Part shown: piece by piece, positions 37,001 to 48,619 of the stretch
Layout of the letters: the number at the start of each line of letters is the position of its first letter
How positions within the stretch are numbered: the first letter of the stretch is position 1
NCBI GenBank assembly: GCA_038496445.1
Contig: JALMLS010000228.1
Coordinates: 496,001 to 560,000 of the forward strand
Length of the DNA: 64,000 nt
Reading direction: 5' to 3'
DNA from: Trichosphaerium sp. ATCC 40318
Taxonomy: Eukaryota; Protista; Tubulinea
Notes under the pieces: model-generated
Told to the model about the DNA's origin: nothing
Databases searched by the model: none
The model's input: the letters and a program-made list of their open reading frames with translations, nothing else
Translations under genes and position numbers: made by a program

Positions 37001-38577
37001 GTCGGACCTGGCCAGAAAGTTCAGCTGGAGTATACCCAAGGTCACGGACTTACATCTTACTTCACAGTCATTGAAGCAGCAAACGTTGATAAAATGAGAG
37101 TCCATACTGCAGCTCTCTTTAAGGACTACATAGCGAATGCTCCTCCAGGTTCTGTATCAGAAACACGTGTTCTTCACCGTCTTCTCGGGAACAGAAGGTA
37201 TAATATCACGTACCAAAGAGAAATCCTTAAAACTGATGACGACTATCTACCACATCCAGAAGCTTTTGGACCATGGGATCCAACACATGCAAAGCTCTAT
37301 GCTTATTATCCAGGAAATCATACTGATAATGTTATCCAGTACACCAATCCAAAGTACCCTTGGATCCTTGCTCTATACGTTGGTAAGATGTACGCACCAC
37401 ATAGATCAATTGATGTTGATGTAATCGAAATCGGAATGCCAGCAGATGCTGCTCCTGGAAAATACATCATTCAATGGTGGTGGAGTGGATTTATTGACTG
37501 CATGGATGTTGAACTTACACCAGCACCTGTTGAACATATATACGGTGTTAAATCAGAATCAAATATTGGTGGATTCAAGTACGTTCTTTGGCTTTGCTTC
37601 TTTTTTTTTTTTTTTTACTTGACATTTGTAATAACTTACTGTTTTTTTTAAGGCGTGTTGATCATTGTTGGGCTCCTAAACCTTTGAGATATAGGAACTG
37701 GTGTTCAAGAGTTTTTACATCACCACAGTACTGCTTACACTACTGTACAGCAGCAACACAATGCGGTGGTGTTATGGTAATGCCATGGAAAGCAGCAGGA
37801 AGGTTTAATGAGACTCATTTCACTGGAAACCTCTGTAATGATACCAAATACGACTGGCTAGAACCAGATGATGGCTTTGAAGTACCAGATTCAGAAGCTT
37901 ACTTCTGCATACCAGTATCACCAGCCATTCCAAATGATGTCAAAGCACCTTTTGAAACAACAAGCGATCCCGACGATCCAATGTACAAATCAACGTGCTA
38001 CGTCAGAACATCGGGATATACTTTCCCTGGGTTCGTACCACCGAAAGATCACGGACGTATAGAATGGAAACACGGAGATAAATGTATATCTTGTGCGGAT
38101 CAACAAGCAAACAAGGATGTTTCAAGATTTCCAAAATGGAACTTCCTTCCAAGCGACGAAGGTTGTGTGAACTGTGATTTGTTGCCTCCTGCTACTCCTA
38201 CAAAGGGAATAACAGCTGAGCTTGAAGCAGCAAACAGCACCTGTGACGGCGTAGCCGACCTGTGGTATGACGCTGAATCTACTAACTGTACTACTATTGA
38301 AAACAGAGAGTGTAACAAGGAGTTGACGTTGACGAGTCGTAATCCAGCCCATGGATTTACTTTTGTAGATGAATGCGCATATCTGGCAGCTATGGATCCA
38401 GAATGCACTGATATGATCACTACTACTCCGCACAGCCTTAACTACAAAAGTAAATGGGAAGATGCTGTACATTGTTATTGTGCTACAAACCAAGAATGTT
38501 GTGGAGGCTGTAAAGCAATGGCTGTAGAACCAGGATTACATCCTCCTACAAGCAACTTGTATAAGGTAACACAATAA
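34020..38577 (+). pseudogene. Disrupted polyprotein gene: signal peptide, Reeler-like domain, Cys-rich domain, Thr/Pro stalk, two hydrophobic helices, His-brace LPMO-like domain, PAN-like Cys-rich domains
   Basis: Spliced MATSLTT|WPYVAITLLCVCAML. Reeler-like YVPGE...YRGIMLYA..KVGEW...MHN...GEGKLTIRCLIK. His-brace-like TQG-HNW...QGHG...PGKYIIQWWWSGFIDCMDV. Lesions: insertion 35101-36159, no AG at about 36440, and a 1-nt frameshift at about 36774. Confidence 0.7.
35101..36159. mobile_element. Non-autonomous element with 12-bp TIRs (CAGGTCTAAAAA) and arrays of the palindrome TGGTATATACCA, inserted in an exon
   Basis: CAGGTCTAAAAA at 35101 and TTTTTAGACCTG ending at 36159, with AT on both sides. 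Removing the element plus one AT restores the in-frame ...CTT CAT GGT ATT GAC (GSLHGIDSVSK). Confidence 0.85.
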
Positions 38578-39327
38578 ATAAATCAATATTGTATTACGCA
38601 ATGTGTTTGTCACACAATAAGTATTATTCGGATTGTTCTATTTTCTTGCTACCTTAAATTCGTCACGTGATAATTAGCATTTTATTTCGTTCTAAACGTA
38701 CTACAATCAGTCAAAATTGTAGGTACTGTATTAAACACACCAAGAGAGTGTGTCCTTTCTAAAGTAGAATTATTAACGTATCTCTGTGCAGAGCTTCTCA
38801 ATCTCGACAACAAGAAGAGGTAAATCTATTGTAGTAAAATAATCAATCACCTCGACTGATTCATAAGCCAGAATACAGTGATTTGCCTGTGAACGAAAGA
38901 GTACTAGCAAGTGCTGACATTCACATCATGGCCTTCAACCAAAGACTTGAGAGACGAGAAATAAAGTCTATCCCAACGAATGTCACAAGTCACATGTTTT
39001 TTTGACTGTTTTCACTTCACCAACCACGACAGTAGTCTTTCAACATTGCAAGAAATTCACAAAAAAGTTGTCAACCAAAATACGAAGAGAAAAACAAAGA
39101 CAAGTTTGTAGAAGTACATTGTGGTTTATTTATTGTTTTTTTTCTTTGTTTTTTTTTTCTTTGCGGATTATTTTACACCTTTGTGTCCATCCATTTTTTC
39201 TCGTCTTTGTGAAACTTGAATTAACAAAAACCACCACTACTAACCCAAGAGAGAGAAACTCAATCTTCCCAAAAATCCAAAAAAACAAGCGAAACACAAA
39301 ATATTTTTTTCGAGAAGTATTTTTTTG

Positions 39328-40299
39328 TTACTTCAAAATTTCTGAATAAAACCCGTCCAGCTGCTCTAATTCCCTCTTGTGGGGGCAGTCTAAACACGAA
39401 CACAACGACTCATTATCGTAACTCATCAACTCGCTCTGTACTGTTCGAACAAATGAACGTACTTCATCGCGGGACTCGGAAACGACTCGTCGCATTTTAA
39501 ATGGGCGTTGGGTGACGGGTAGTGCACGCCAAGCCGCCAGAAAGTTTTGCAAAGCAAAATCAAAATCTGGTACTGACCCAACAGGGTTGTGCGCGAGGGT
39601 GACAGACTTTAGAGCTGGCAGAGACTTACCGCCGACAAGCGTGAAGATGCTTGAGCCGGTTTTGGGGTCAAATGGTGAAGCCGTCGGAAAAATTAGAGGC
39701 GCTTGTGTGTCGCTTTGTTGGGTAAGTGCTGTAGAGACGGAGGGATTGGCAAGCAACTTCTCAAAAAGTTGTGTGTGCTTCAGTTGCGTAGCTTTAATAT
39801 CATCTAACGCAGCCAATACATCTTCTGACCTTGCTCTCTTTGTCCCTTTGCGAATAGCGCCAGGATTCTCTATTTGCTCCCTTCTGCGTCGAATCTGCGC
39901 CGGTTTAGACACGCTCTTGAAGAGCTCTGTGGTTAGCGTTGCCTCGGTGCCGGCTTGGAGATCAGAGAGGGTTATCTGAACTTTAAAATAACTGTTGTTT
40001 AACTGCGAGCTTAAAACGTGTATGCGGCATTCTAAAGTGGAACTACCACTTGGTGTGTTTGCGTGTAGTACGTAGGATAGCGGTTCTTCAGTTATGGAGG
40101 GAACTTGACCGTCTTTTGATGTAACCAGGCGACAGGATACGCCCCAACGTTTTTCGCTTTCGTCGCCAGTCGAATCGGCTAATACGAGCCAAAAAGGCGT
40201 GCCACGAACCACCCAGTTAATTTTCTGTGTAATACCATTGCTGTTGTGGTTCTCTGCGAACGGCACTTTATAATTGGTTACTTGGATAGTTGAATTCAT
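39328..40299 (-). CDS. CudA-like (STAT-fold) amoebozoan transcription factor, intronless
   Basis: WVVRGTPF, CRIHVLSSQLNNSYFKV and KSVSKPAQI motifs; C-terminal CSCLDCPHKRELEQLDGFY. Confidence 0.7.
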   Translation of the reverse strand: MNSTIQVTNYKVPFAENHNSNGITQKINWVVRGTPFWLVLADSTGDESEKRWGVSCRLVTSKDGQVPSITEEPLSYVLHANTPSGSSTLECRIHVLSSQLNNSYFKVQITLSDLQAGTEATLTTELFKSVSKPAQIRRRREQIENPGAIRKGTKRARSEDVLAALDDIKATQLKHTQLFEKLLANPSVSTALTQQSDTQAPLIFPTASPFDPKTGSSIFTLVGGKSLPALKSVTLAHNPVGSVPDFDFALQNFLAAWRALPVTQRPFKMRRVVSESRDEVRSFVRTVQSELMSYDNESLCSCLDCPHKRELEQLDGFYSEILK

Positions 40300-40982
40300 C
40301 GGGAGTGGATGGTGTTGGGGAATAGTAAAAGAATATTCTTTTTGAAAGAACGCGACTAAATATTCTCACTCGTAGAATTTTCGCGCGGTTTTGCGTTCAA
40401 TTAATCACAACTATTGGCACAGCGCGTGGCAAAAGGTCACAAAGCATGTGGGCTAATGTTTGGCTGGTTGAAGATACACAGTGGTGTGATAATGGTCAAT
40501 CAAAAAGAAAGCTGCGCTGAAATTTAAACAAAAATCTTCGATTAGGTATTTCGGTTAGTACAAGTAATTATCTTGCTCCGACACGATGCTCACGTGCCTT
40601 TTGTTCCACTCTTAACGTGCGACAATAAATGAGCTATGCACTAGCTGCGTTTTTGAGATGTTTATAATAGTGGTGGAGAACATTACGTTCAAAATGAAAC
40701 AAAACAATGAGGAATCTTTTGGATTTTTTGTCGTGAGGTTCCGCCTCATACGCTTTTGGCGTACTGATTTATAGACATGACATTCTGCAACCAGTAGCGA
40801 CAGGTAATTAATAGATAAGAGTTGTTTCCATGTGATTTCGTATCGAACATATTCGAAACGGGTAAAACATGTCTTTAGCAAACTAATCTGTGAATGGTTC
40901 TTTATTTACACTTTTGTTTCAGTTATTTTTTTCTTGGCTTCTGTCAAATTTATTGACAGTAATTTTTTGTTTGTCGGCATTT

Positions 40983-43187
40983 TTAGAATAAATTAGCTAC
41001 CACAACTAATAACATAGCTAATGTAATAGAAAATCCGTATCTGACAGCACTTGATGGAGTATTGTTATCACCTGGAGCAATTGGATTGTTACTATCAATT
41101 GGAGGCATTGTAGTAGGTGGGGGAGTGATAGTACCTGCGTCAACAATCTTCATCATTGATCCGAGGTTCGTGTGAGACCAACATTGGTAGTAAATGAGAT
41201 CAGGTGTTGAAGCGTCTGGTGTGAACTTGAAAGTAACAGGAGAACCAGATTGACAAGATAGAGCGTCAAGTGTTGGAAAGAAGTCATCAAAAGAAGCAAT
41301 AGCATTGACTTCGTCTTGAGTCTTGTCTGATTTGTACGCGCAGAAGTGACCGGCGTATTCTGGCATTTCGTTTGAGTCAACACCTGCAATGACAGTTTCG
41401 GCTTGACGTTGAGCGGCTGAAAGGATAGAACGGCCACCGTTTTTGTCTGTTGTGAAGTAAAGAGGATGGTACTCGGCTGATACTGAAGCGTTGTTACCAC
41501 CTGCTACAGTAAATGTGTATTCAACACCACGCTAAAGAGAATGTGAGGTTCTGACATTGAAAACTGGGGAAAAAAAAACTGCAAGAAGAGTATTACGTGA
41601 TTCTGCAAGAGCTTATTATCAAAGCAGAACAAAAAAGCAAAATAATTTTTTGAAGCGTTCTTTTGGAGGAAATTAAATAACGTACTGTAAGCGTAAGAGT
41701 TGGTATGAGTACATCGTTGATGTACCATGAAATACCCCAAGCAGGATTTCCAGTGATTGCTCCATATCCTTTAGCTCCTCCACTTGGTCCAATAACGAAC
41801 TTGAAGTCTGTAGTACTTGCTGGAAGTGATTGCTCAACCCAACCTGGTCCACTAAATAACCAGTTAATAACGAAAGAAAAATAATAGCGTTGGTTTTAGG
41901 AAACGTACATGTCGGTTGTTGGAATTTCAACTGGTGCACAGTTTAGTGCTGGAGTACGTCCAAAGTGAAGAGTAGAAGGACCTCTTCTGCTATGAATACG
42001 TGGTCTACGGACGTTGGTGTCAATAGGACCCAATGCCCAAACGATTGGTTGATCTGGGTTTGATATGTTGATAGGATTATCATAATTTGGGTCAATGGCA
42101 GCGAGTGGTCGCGTATATTTAACAAATAGAATACCGCCGCTAGTAAGCTCGCCGTCTACGTTTGTAACAGCATTTTGGGACATGTTCAACTTAACATCTG
42201 GGCAAACACCAGTGTAGGTAGTTGTACCGCCGTTACTAAGAAAAAGTAAGGAACAAGCTTGTTGGTTTTCGTTTATCGTTTTTTTTCTTTTCAAAAGTAA
42301 CGCACGTGCAAGGTGCTCTTTGAGAAGCAATGAAGTAGTCTTCAGCTTTTGGAGCGTTATTCTCAAATTGAGCCACTACAATATCAGATCCTATCATTTG
42401 ATCTCCAGGAACAATGCTTGAAGGGATACCGAAAGCCATGTAGTCTTCTGATCCAGCTACACCAGATAGTAAAATATTGACGTTACTTCCGTCAACAGTC
42501 CAGTAAACATTGAGTCTGTCATCAAGTGCTTCACAGTTCTCGAAACCCTACAAGGCGAAGTAAGAAATCAATTTTTTAGTTGTCTTTTAAGGTTTTTTGG
42601 CTTCACAGCCGCTATTGTTCGCTAGACGTACGTCAGTTATTCTGGGGGTATTAGAACCAGCTGGTGCTGGGTTCAAGTCTGAAGGGATAGCAATTGAACC
42701 GAAATCTTGGTTTGCAGATACACACCAAATACCGAAGGCAGCAACGTTGCTGTCAGTTATTTTAGTATCGCCAGGGAACACAATTGTGATATTAACCATG
42801 TCCGGGTATGGTCTGCTAGGTAAGCTACCTAGAGATCCGGTTTCATCTGGGATTTTAAAACCACCTCTTGGTCTGGAGAGGGATTCGTACAACCAAAAGA
42901 AAGCGTTAAAGTTGCTTGTCCATTTGAAATCTATAAAAACATTAATTAGCGGGAGATCGCGTAACAAGTATCTAGAATCCATAAAAGCGGTACGTACTTT
43001 GTAATTTGACAGAGTTTTCGCTCAAAACGATTACTGTGCCAGAAATACCGTATTGCGTTCCGATAATTTCTCCAAGTAGGATTGGGTCTGCGCCATTACC
43101 AGGTGCAGCGACTGTATCGGCCGCGTTTGTATAAGATAAAAGAGAAAGTACGCATAGAAGCGCTGTAATTAATACCAACTGTGTCAT
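40983..43187 (-). CDS. DM13 plus DOMON (Skeletor-like) surface protein with a GPI-type tail
   Basis: DM13 YGISGTV...FGIWCVSANQDFGSI. DOMON YMAFG...MIGSDIVV..EDYFI. Further motifs WGISWYIND..RGVEYTF..YHPLYFT..TPDLIYYQCWSHTNLG. Confidence 0.85.
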
Positions 43188-43548
43188 AGAGTTGCTTCGA
43201 CACTTGTTTGTCGGAGAAATAATGATTATTCCGCCCAAAACACAATCGATTTTGAGTGGCAAGTTTTCCAATTTTCTCCCTTTGTGACGTTATACTATGC
43301 TGTAGCCTTGTAAAACGCGTAGACGATGCATTGTATTGATTATCGTTAGAGGACGTCATCATACGTTACCGCAGATTTTCGTCTAAACGGCGCGTCAAGC
43401 ACGTCAAAAAAAGTGTATTTTCTGACACTGTTGTGGGAACTGTTGACACTCTGAGCACGGATAACCACTGAAACCCATGTACTAGTTCACATTATGTTTG
43501 TACCAAGAAACAGGATTGAATAGTAATTTTACGCTGATTAAAGGGCGT

Positions 43549-46132
43549 TTAATGAGGTTTTGGTGAAGAAAGGAATAATAGTTCACTATCAACTTTTGGG
43601 AAGCCCCACTCGCTATTTTCTACCGTAATATGCAGTTTACAACTCTTTTCCGTCTTCGTATCAATTTTTACGACACTAACGTCGAGTATTGTTGCAGTAG
43701 AGTAATCAAGTAGCATAACATCTTCTTCGAGGCGTGGAATGGCATTTTTTTTTGAACGTGACGTTTCATCCTGCGAAAATCGATTTTTGTCGTTTGTCAC
43801 ATTTCTCCAAAAAAGTGTATCGCCAGCACAAGGTAGAATCGGTAGTTCTGCATCATTTTTCATCCGTACAATACAAACGGATATTTTTATACTCTCCACT
43901 ATCCCCAAACTGCTTGCTGCAGCACTTGCAATGGCCTAGAATCAAGATCAACTTTGTCTGCTGACACTAGTGATTTTTTTCAAATGTACTCTTAGTATAT
44001 CCTTCTTAACGGCTTCCTCTGGGATCCCATACCCTATAGCAAGTTTCATCCATGTACCCTAAAAACTTGTGAGATAAAGTTTCAACATGAAATCTTGGTG
44101 CACACGTGACCAAACGTACATCACAATTTAGGTTTGGATTGTCCTCTGCTTCGTAAATATTTGCCTTTCCAGGAGTTAACCGTGCCCATAAACATCCAGC
44201 TTCGCCATAAGATGCCACATTACGTATATAATGACAATTAGAACAAACTTTTTCTGCCCTACAATTGAATCACTCAGGTAAAGTTGTCTGTTGGTTATTT
44301 TTTGTAAAAGAAACATTATGTACGTTCTCCTTGACAAGCCGAGATGAAATAGTATCACGCCTGGTCCTTTTCCTTTAAATATAGATTTTGCAATAGTGTA
44401 GTCAGGATGAGAAGGTAGAAAAGGATACTACACTAGGTTAGTTTGTTGATGTTTGTATTTTTTTGTATTCACAAAACTTTACCATAACCCGTGTTACAAA
44501 TGAGCTCTTCTCTAGGAACAACGCAATATTGTATGCCATGGAAGATACATACGGCATTCTACGATAGTATTAATCATTCTATGTCATAAAAAGACGAATA
44601 ATAGTTGAGTAGTACATACCGTAAATGAAGCGTTTCTATGCCTTTACTGACAAGCCAGCAAGAAAAAGGCGAGGCTACAGCACCTATAAAATGTTTGCTT
44701 TGTGTATGTTGAAGAAATTAAAGATTCATAGAGCATTGAAAAGTAACTTGCAAGTACTGAACAATGAGTCTTTTTTTTGTGGAAAAGAAAAGTACCATGA
44801 ACATGTCTCCATTTTTTAATAGAAGCGTAGTATGATTTAGGTAAGTATCTATGATGATACACTTCAAGTGAACGTATTGTTACAATTCCAAGAAGAGTAG
44901 AAGCGTTACCACACAAATACTTTGTGGCTATATGAACGAGAGTTAGTAGCGACCAAAGGGAACAAATAAATTACCTGAATCGAGTACAACATCAGCACCA
45001 CATTTCAATGGATTAAAAAATAATGGTGACAGCCACGTGTTATCGACTACAACACACGTGGAAATATCAGATTCGTTTAGTAGCTCAGTTATACGTGGGA
45101 TATTGGCCACCTAATTGTTATTTAACAAGAAAGGTAAAATGCAGCGGCTATTTCTAATTGGGCTTACCTTTGCGCTTCCGTTTGTTGCACTCTCCAAAAA
45201 CAACATTGATGCTTCCCTAGCCGCTACAACCTTTTGAATTAAATAATAGTACAGTATTAATCCTAACGAGTAGTACCTTAACAACGCTCTCTACGTTTCT
45301 TACATTGACATGCACAATTTTTCTATCGCCAGCTTCTTCAAGAGAGTTAAACAAGTCTTTTGCTCCAGCGTAATGTTCATCAGATACAACGATAGTATCT
45401 CCAGGTACTGTGAGGGAAAACAAAACAGCTACAATAACTCAGAGATTAACCCTTTTGTACACGATAAAATAATGGTTATTAAAATTGTTTTCGTTTAATT
45501 GATGAAGACAATACTCACCTGACATAGCAGCCATGCCAGATGCAAAGCATAGTGCCGCATTGGATTCATACAGCGTAGCCACTTGCTGTTCCAACAGATC
45601 AAAATTTGGGTTATGTGCCCTTGTGTAAGTATAATTTGATTTTCCCTTGTAGAAATATTTTAACTTTTACACTTGTTTACGATTTGTACCTTTGGTTTTT
45701 TTACGAAACATGCTGTAAGTGCTATAGAAGGACATACACCGTCGTAAGGTTGATGTTGACGTGGATCTGACAACCTTGGTAGTTGGTTATTTTACAGCAT
45801 CCTTTAGGTTACGTGTACAGGTCCACGGCACTAGTGACTGCTTGTGTGTGCATTTGTAGCTGTAACGTCTCTAATTTGATCAGCTAATAGCGTTTTTCGC
45901 TACACGTCGTACCATCGTCGTTTTTAGCTATTACAAGGTGTTTCAGCCTGCTATAAACGTTGCCAGGGATACCCATCACATTTGGGCTATCCCCGTCGTT
46001 GAAGGCGCGAACGAGGTCTGCTCTGGACGTATAGCATTGTTTGCGCAAATTTTCTACCCATTCTTCCACAAATGACTCTTTGTTTATCTGTTGGGCTGCT
46101 TCACGCACGAGCGCGCTCAAATCATCCGCCAT
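43549..46132 (-). CDS. Cys/Met-metabolism PLP-dependent enzyme (cystathionine gamma-lyase/synthase family) with N- and C-terminal extensions
   Basis: YTRAHNPNFDLLE..FASGMAA, VVDNTWLSP..PLKCGADVVLDS|ATKYLCG (PLP Lys) and YPFLPSHPDY. Confidence 0.8.
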
Positions 46133-46679
46133 GTACCAAAACAACGACAAAATGTGACATGTGCGCTTAACAAGTTTTATTTACAATTTTTCGCAATCTA
46201 CAGACTTGTTGGTGCTCTCAAAACGTGAAAAAGAAGTAGCAGTTTTGACGTTGAAAATAAGTCGATACAAGTCAAAAGTAGAGTGTTAGATCTTGTAAAT
46301 TGAGTTTATTCGTAACTTGACAAGTGTGGGTGGCGCGCCAATACAAAGTTAGAACCGAAATTCCACAAGTAGAAAGAGCCAAGTCTTACTCTGATGCTGG
46401 GTCTCAACGAGGCTTTGTTGTTTCAGTGCACAGTTGTGTTCTGTTTTTTTTTGTTGATTGTTGCTGTTGTAATCACGTGAAAACAACAACCAACCTGACT
46501 TGTAGTCAACCTAAATAAGCAGATATTCTCATTTCAATTACTCTAAAGAATCAATCAAGATCAACCATTTTTCATTTGAAATCGTGTACCTTAGGGTGGT
46601 TCTCAATCATGTTTGAAAACGTGATTCTCAAACGTGGTAGTTTTAAAGATTCTAACCATTCGAATATACGACCATTGAG

Positions 46680-46835
46680 TTTAGTTATAGATCAATACCG
46701 GATTCAGATCTTCAAGCATTGACAGGTGTATGATATCGACTTATCTAATACCAGAGTAACAGACCAGGTATTAAGGCTTTGGCAGGCGCACAATCAAGTT
46801 AGCACATTGTAAATCAATAACAGATTCAGGAAGGT
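46680..46835 (+). pseudogene. Decayed leucine-rich-repeat fragment
   Basis: Frameshifted pieces SIPDSDLQALTGV / IDLSNTRVTD / GIKALAGA / LAHCKSITDSG. Confidence 0.5.
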
Positions 46836-46926
46836 ATTCTGGCCAATGAAATCAAGCGAGGTGAACGATTTATTTACTAAAGTAGATGTTTATTTGCTAT
46901 TGCTATTCTAACGTGTTCTCCTATTT

Positions 46927-48015
46927 CTATACTAAAAGCAATGCTGTGAAAGCCACTGCAATAGAGAATGCAACTATATGAACTCTACTACCATCAGACG
47001 TATTCCCGTTATCGGGTGGAGCTACAAGAGAGGTATCAGAATGTAAAGGGAGGTTAAGGGGGTGGTGAAGGTGCTTCCATTGTAGAATGAAAACCAGGTT
47101 CGTTATAAAATGGAACATACCAGTGGTACCAGTAGATGATGACGGCGCTGATGGTGCAATAGGCTCCATCGTCACTGGTGCAATAGGTTCTGTCGTCACT
47201 GGCGCAATAGGTTCTGTCGTTACTGGTGCAATAGGTTGTTCTGTCATTACTGGCGCAATAGGTTCCATTGTACAAGGCATATCACATCCAGAAAGAGGGA
47301 ATGGATCACCTCTACCGTTTCCTGCTGTATTGTAATTACAAGCTATTGTCGCCCAGCCGTCTAAACACACAAAAGAATTAGCCGACAATTGGTTTTTTTT
47401 CAATCTTTTGGTTTTTTGTACTTTTTATGTTTATACCGCATCCAAGCTTTGTAGAGGTTGCCCACATGACTTGAGTGTAGTGACCTCCTCCCGTATTACA
47501 AGGTGTTGACTCTTCGCTTACCCAACCGTCAAAATGATCTTTGATGGTAAAAAAAGGCCTAACAATCATAAACAAAGTTGATAAACGATTTGCGAATTTT
47601 TTTTTTTGATTTGGAAATGTACCAACTTCCTCCTGCTATGTTTTCTCCTACGCTACCTACGCCGCCAACACGTTCAAAATCAGCTTCGCTGTTAGGGTTG
47701 TGGCCTGTATTTCCGGCGTCAAGCCAATTTTGAGCCACCGTTTCTAGTTTATCATCCCATGTCATTGCTACAACACAGCGTGATGCTCTGTTCGTATTTG
47801 TTTGTAAGTTCATGTAACATTATTTGTCTTACACGTTTTTTCGAAAAAGTTTTGATTTACCTCTTCTCGTTGTGGAGATTGAGAAGCTCTTCGCGTTGTT
47901 CTGTTGTTAGAGCAGATAAACAGAGTGTTACTAAAGCGAATAGAACGATACAAACTAAGTTTAGGTTACATCAATAAAGACAGCAGTAATTTATACCTAT
48001 TGTTAACGTTGACAT
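46927..48015 (-). CDS. CAP/SCP (PR-1-like) protein with an (EPIAPVTT)n stalk and GPI-type tail
   Basis: Signal peptide, LNLHNEKR, MTWDDKLE, VGENIA, GHYTQVMWATSTKLGCG, ACNYNTAGN; 24-bp repeats at about 47155-47275. Confidence 0.9.
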
Positions 48016-48619
48016 TGGCGAGCTGCTGTTGGTATGTCACAACTTTTTATTTGTGTATACGCTCACAATATTAATAACCAGAAAAGGGTACTACGCTTGA
48101 TCGCGGTAGTCCTTATTGTAAACAAGATTACAACGCCGTGACATGCCAACAAGGCAACGCAGATCAAAAATAGTGAAACAGAAGGTGCACGTTTTTTCTG
48201 AACGCTTTAATAATACGAAGACAGCGCACAAGATGCGTATTATACCAAAATCAAGCACTTTATATTGTTGAAGTTTGTTTTTGTTGTTCGCAATCACGTG
48301 ACACAAATCTATTAAACGTGAAAAGTAAAAAATTAACCACAAAAACCTCAGTTAACCAAAAGCAATACTGCATAAGTGTTCTGTACGACTGGATTTTTTG
48401 TACAGATATTTAAACAGCTTTATGAATCAGGAATAATTGGTTCTAAAAAAGCGAAGAATGATTATGTTTCTAATTTAGTGGCAACACTATAAGATAACTC
48501 CATCTTTATCGCAACAGTCACAAAGCACTCTGGTAATAAATGAGACGTCTTACTTGTGTGACGATAGTTTCAGCAATGGGTACACGTTGTCAACCCACAG
48601 ATTAAAAAGAATAAAACGT

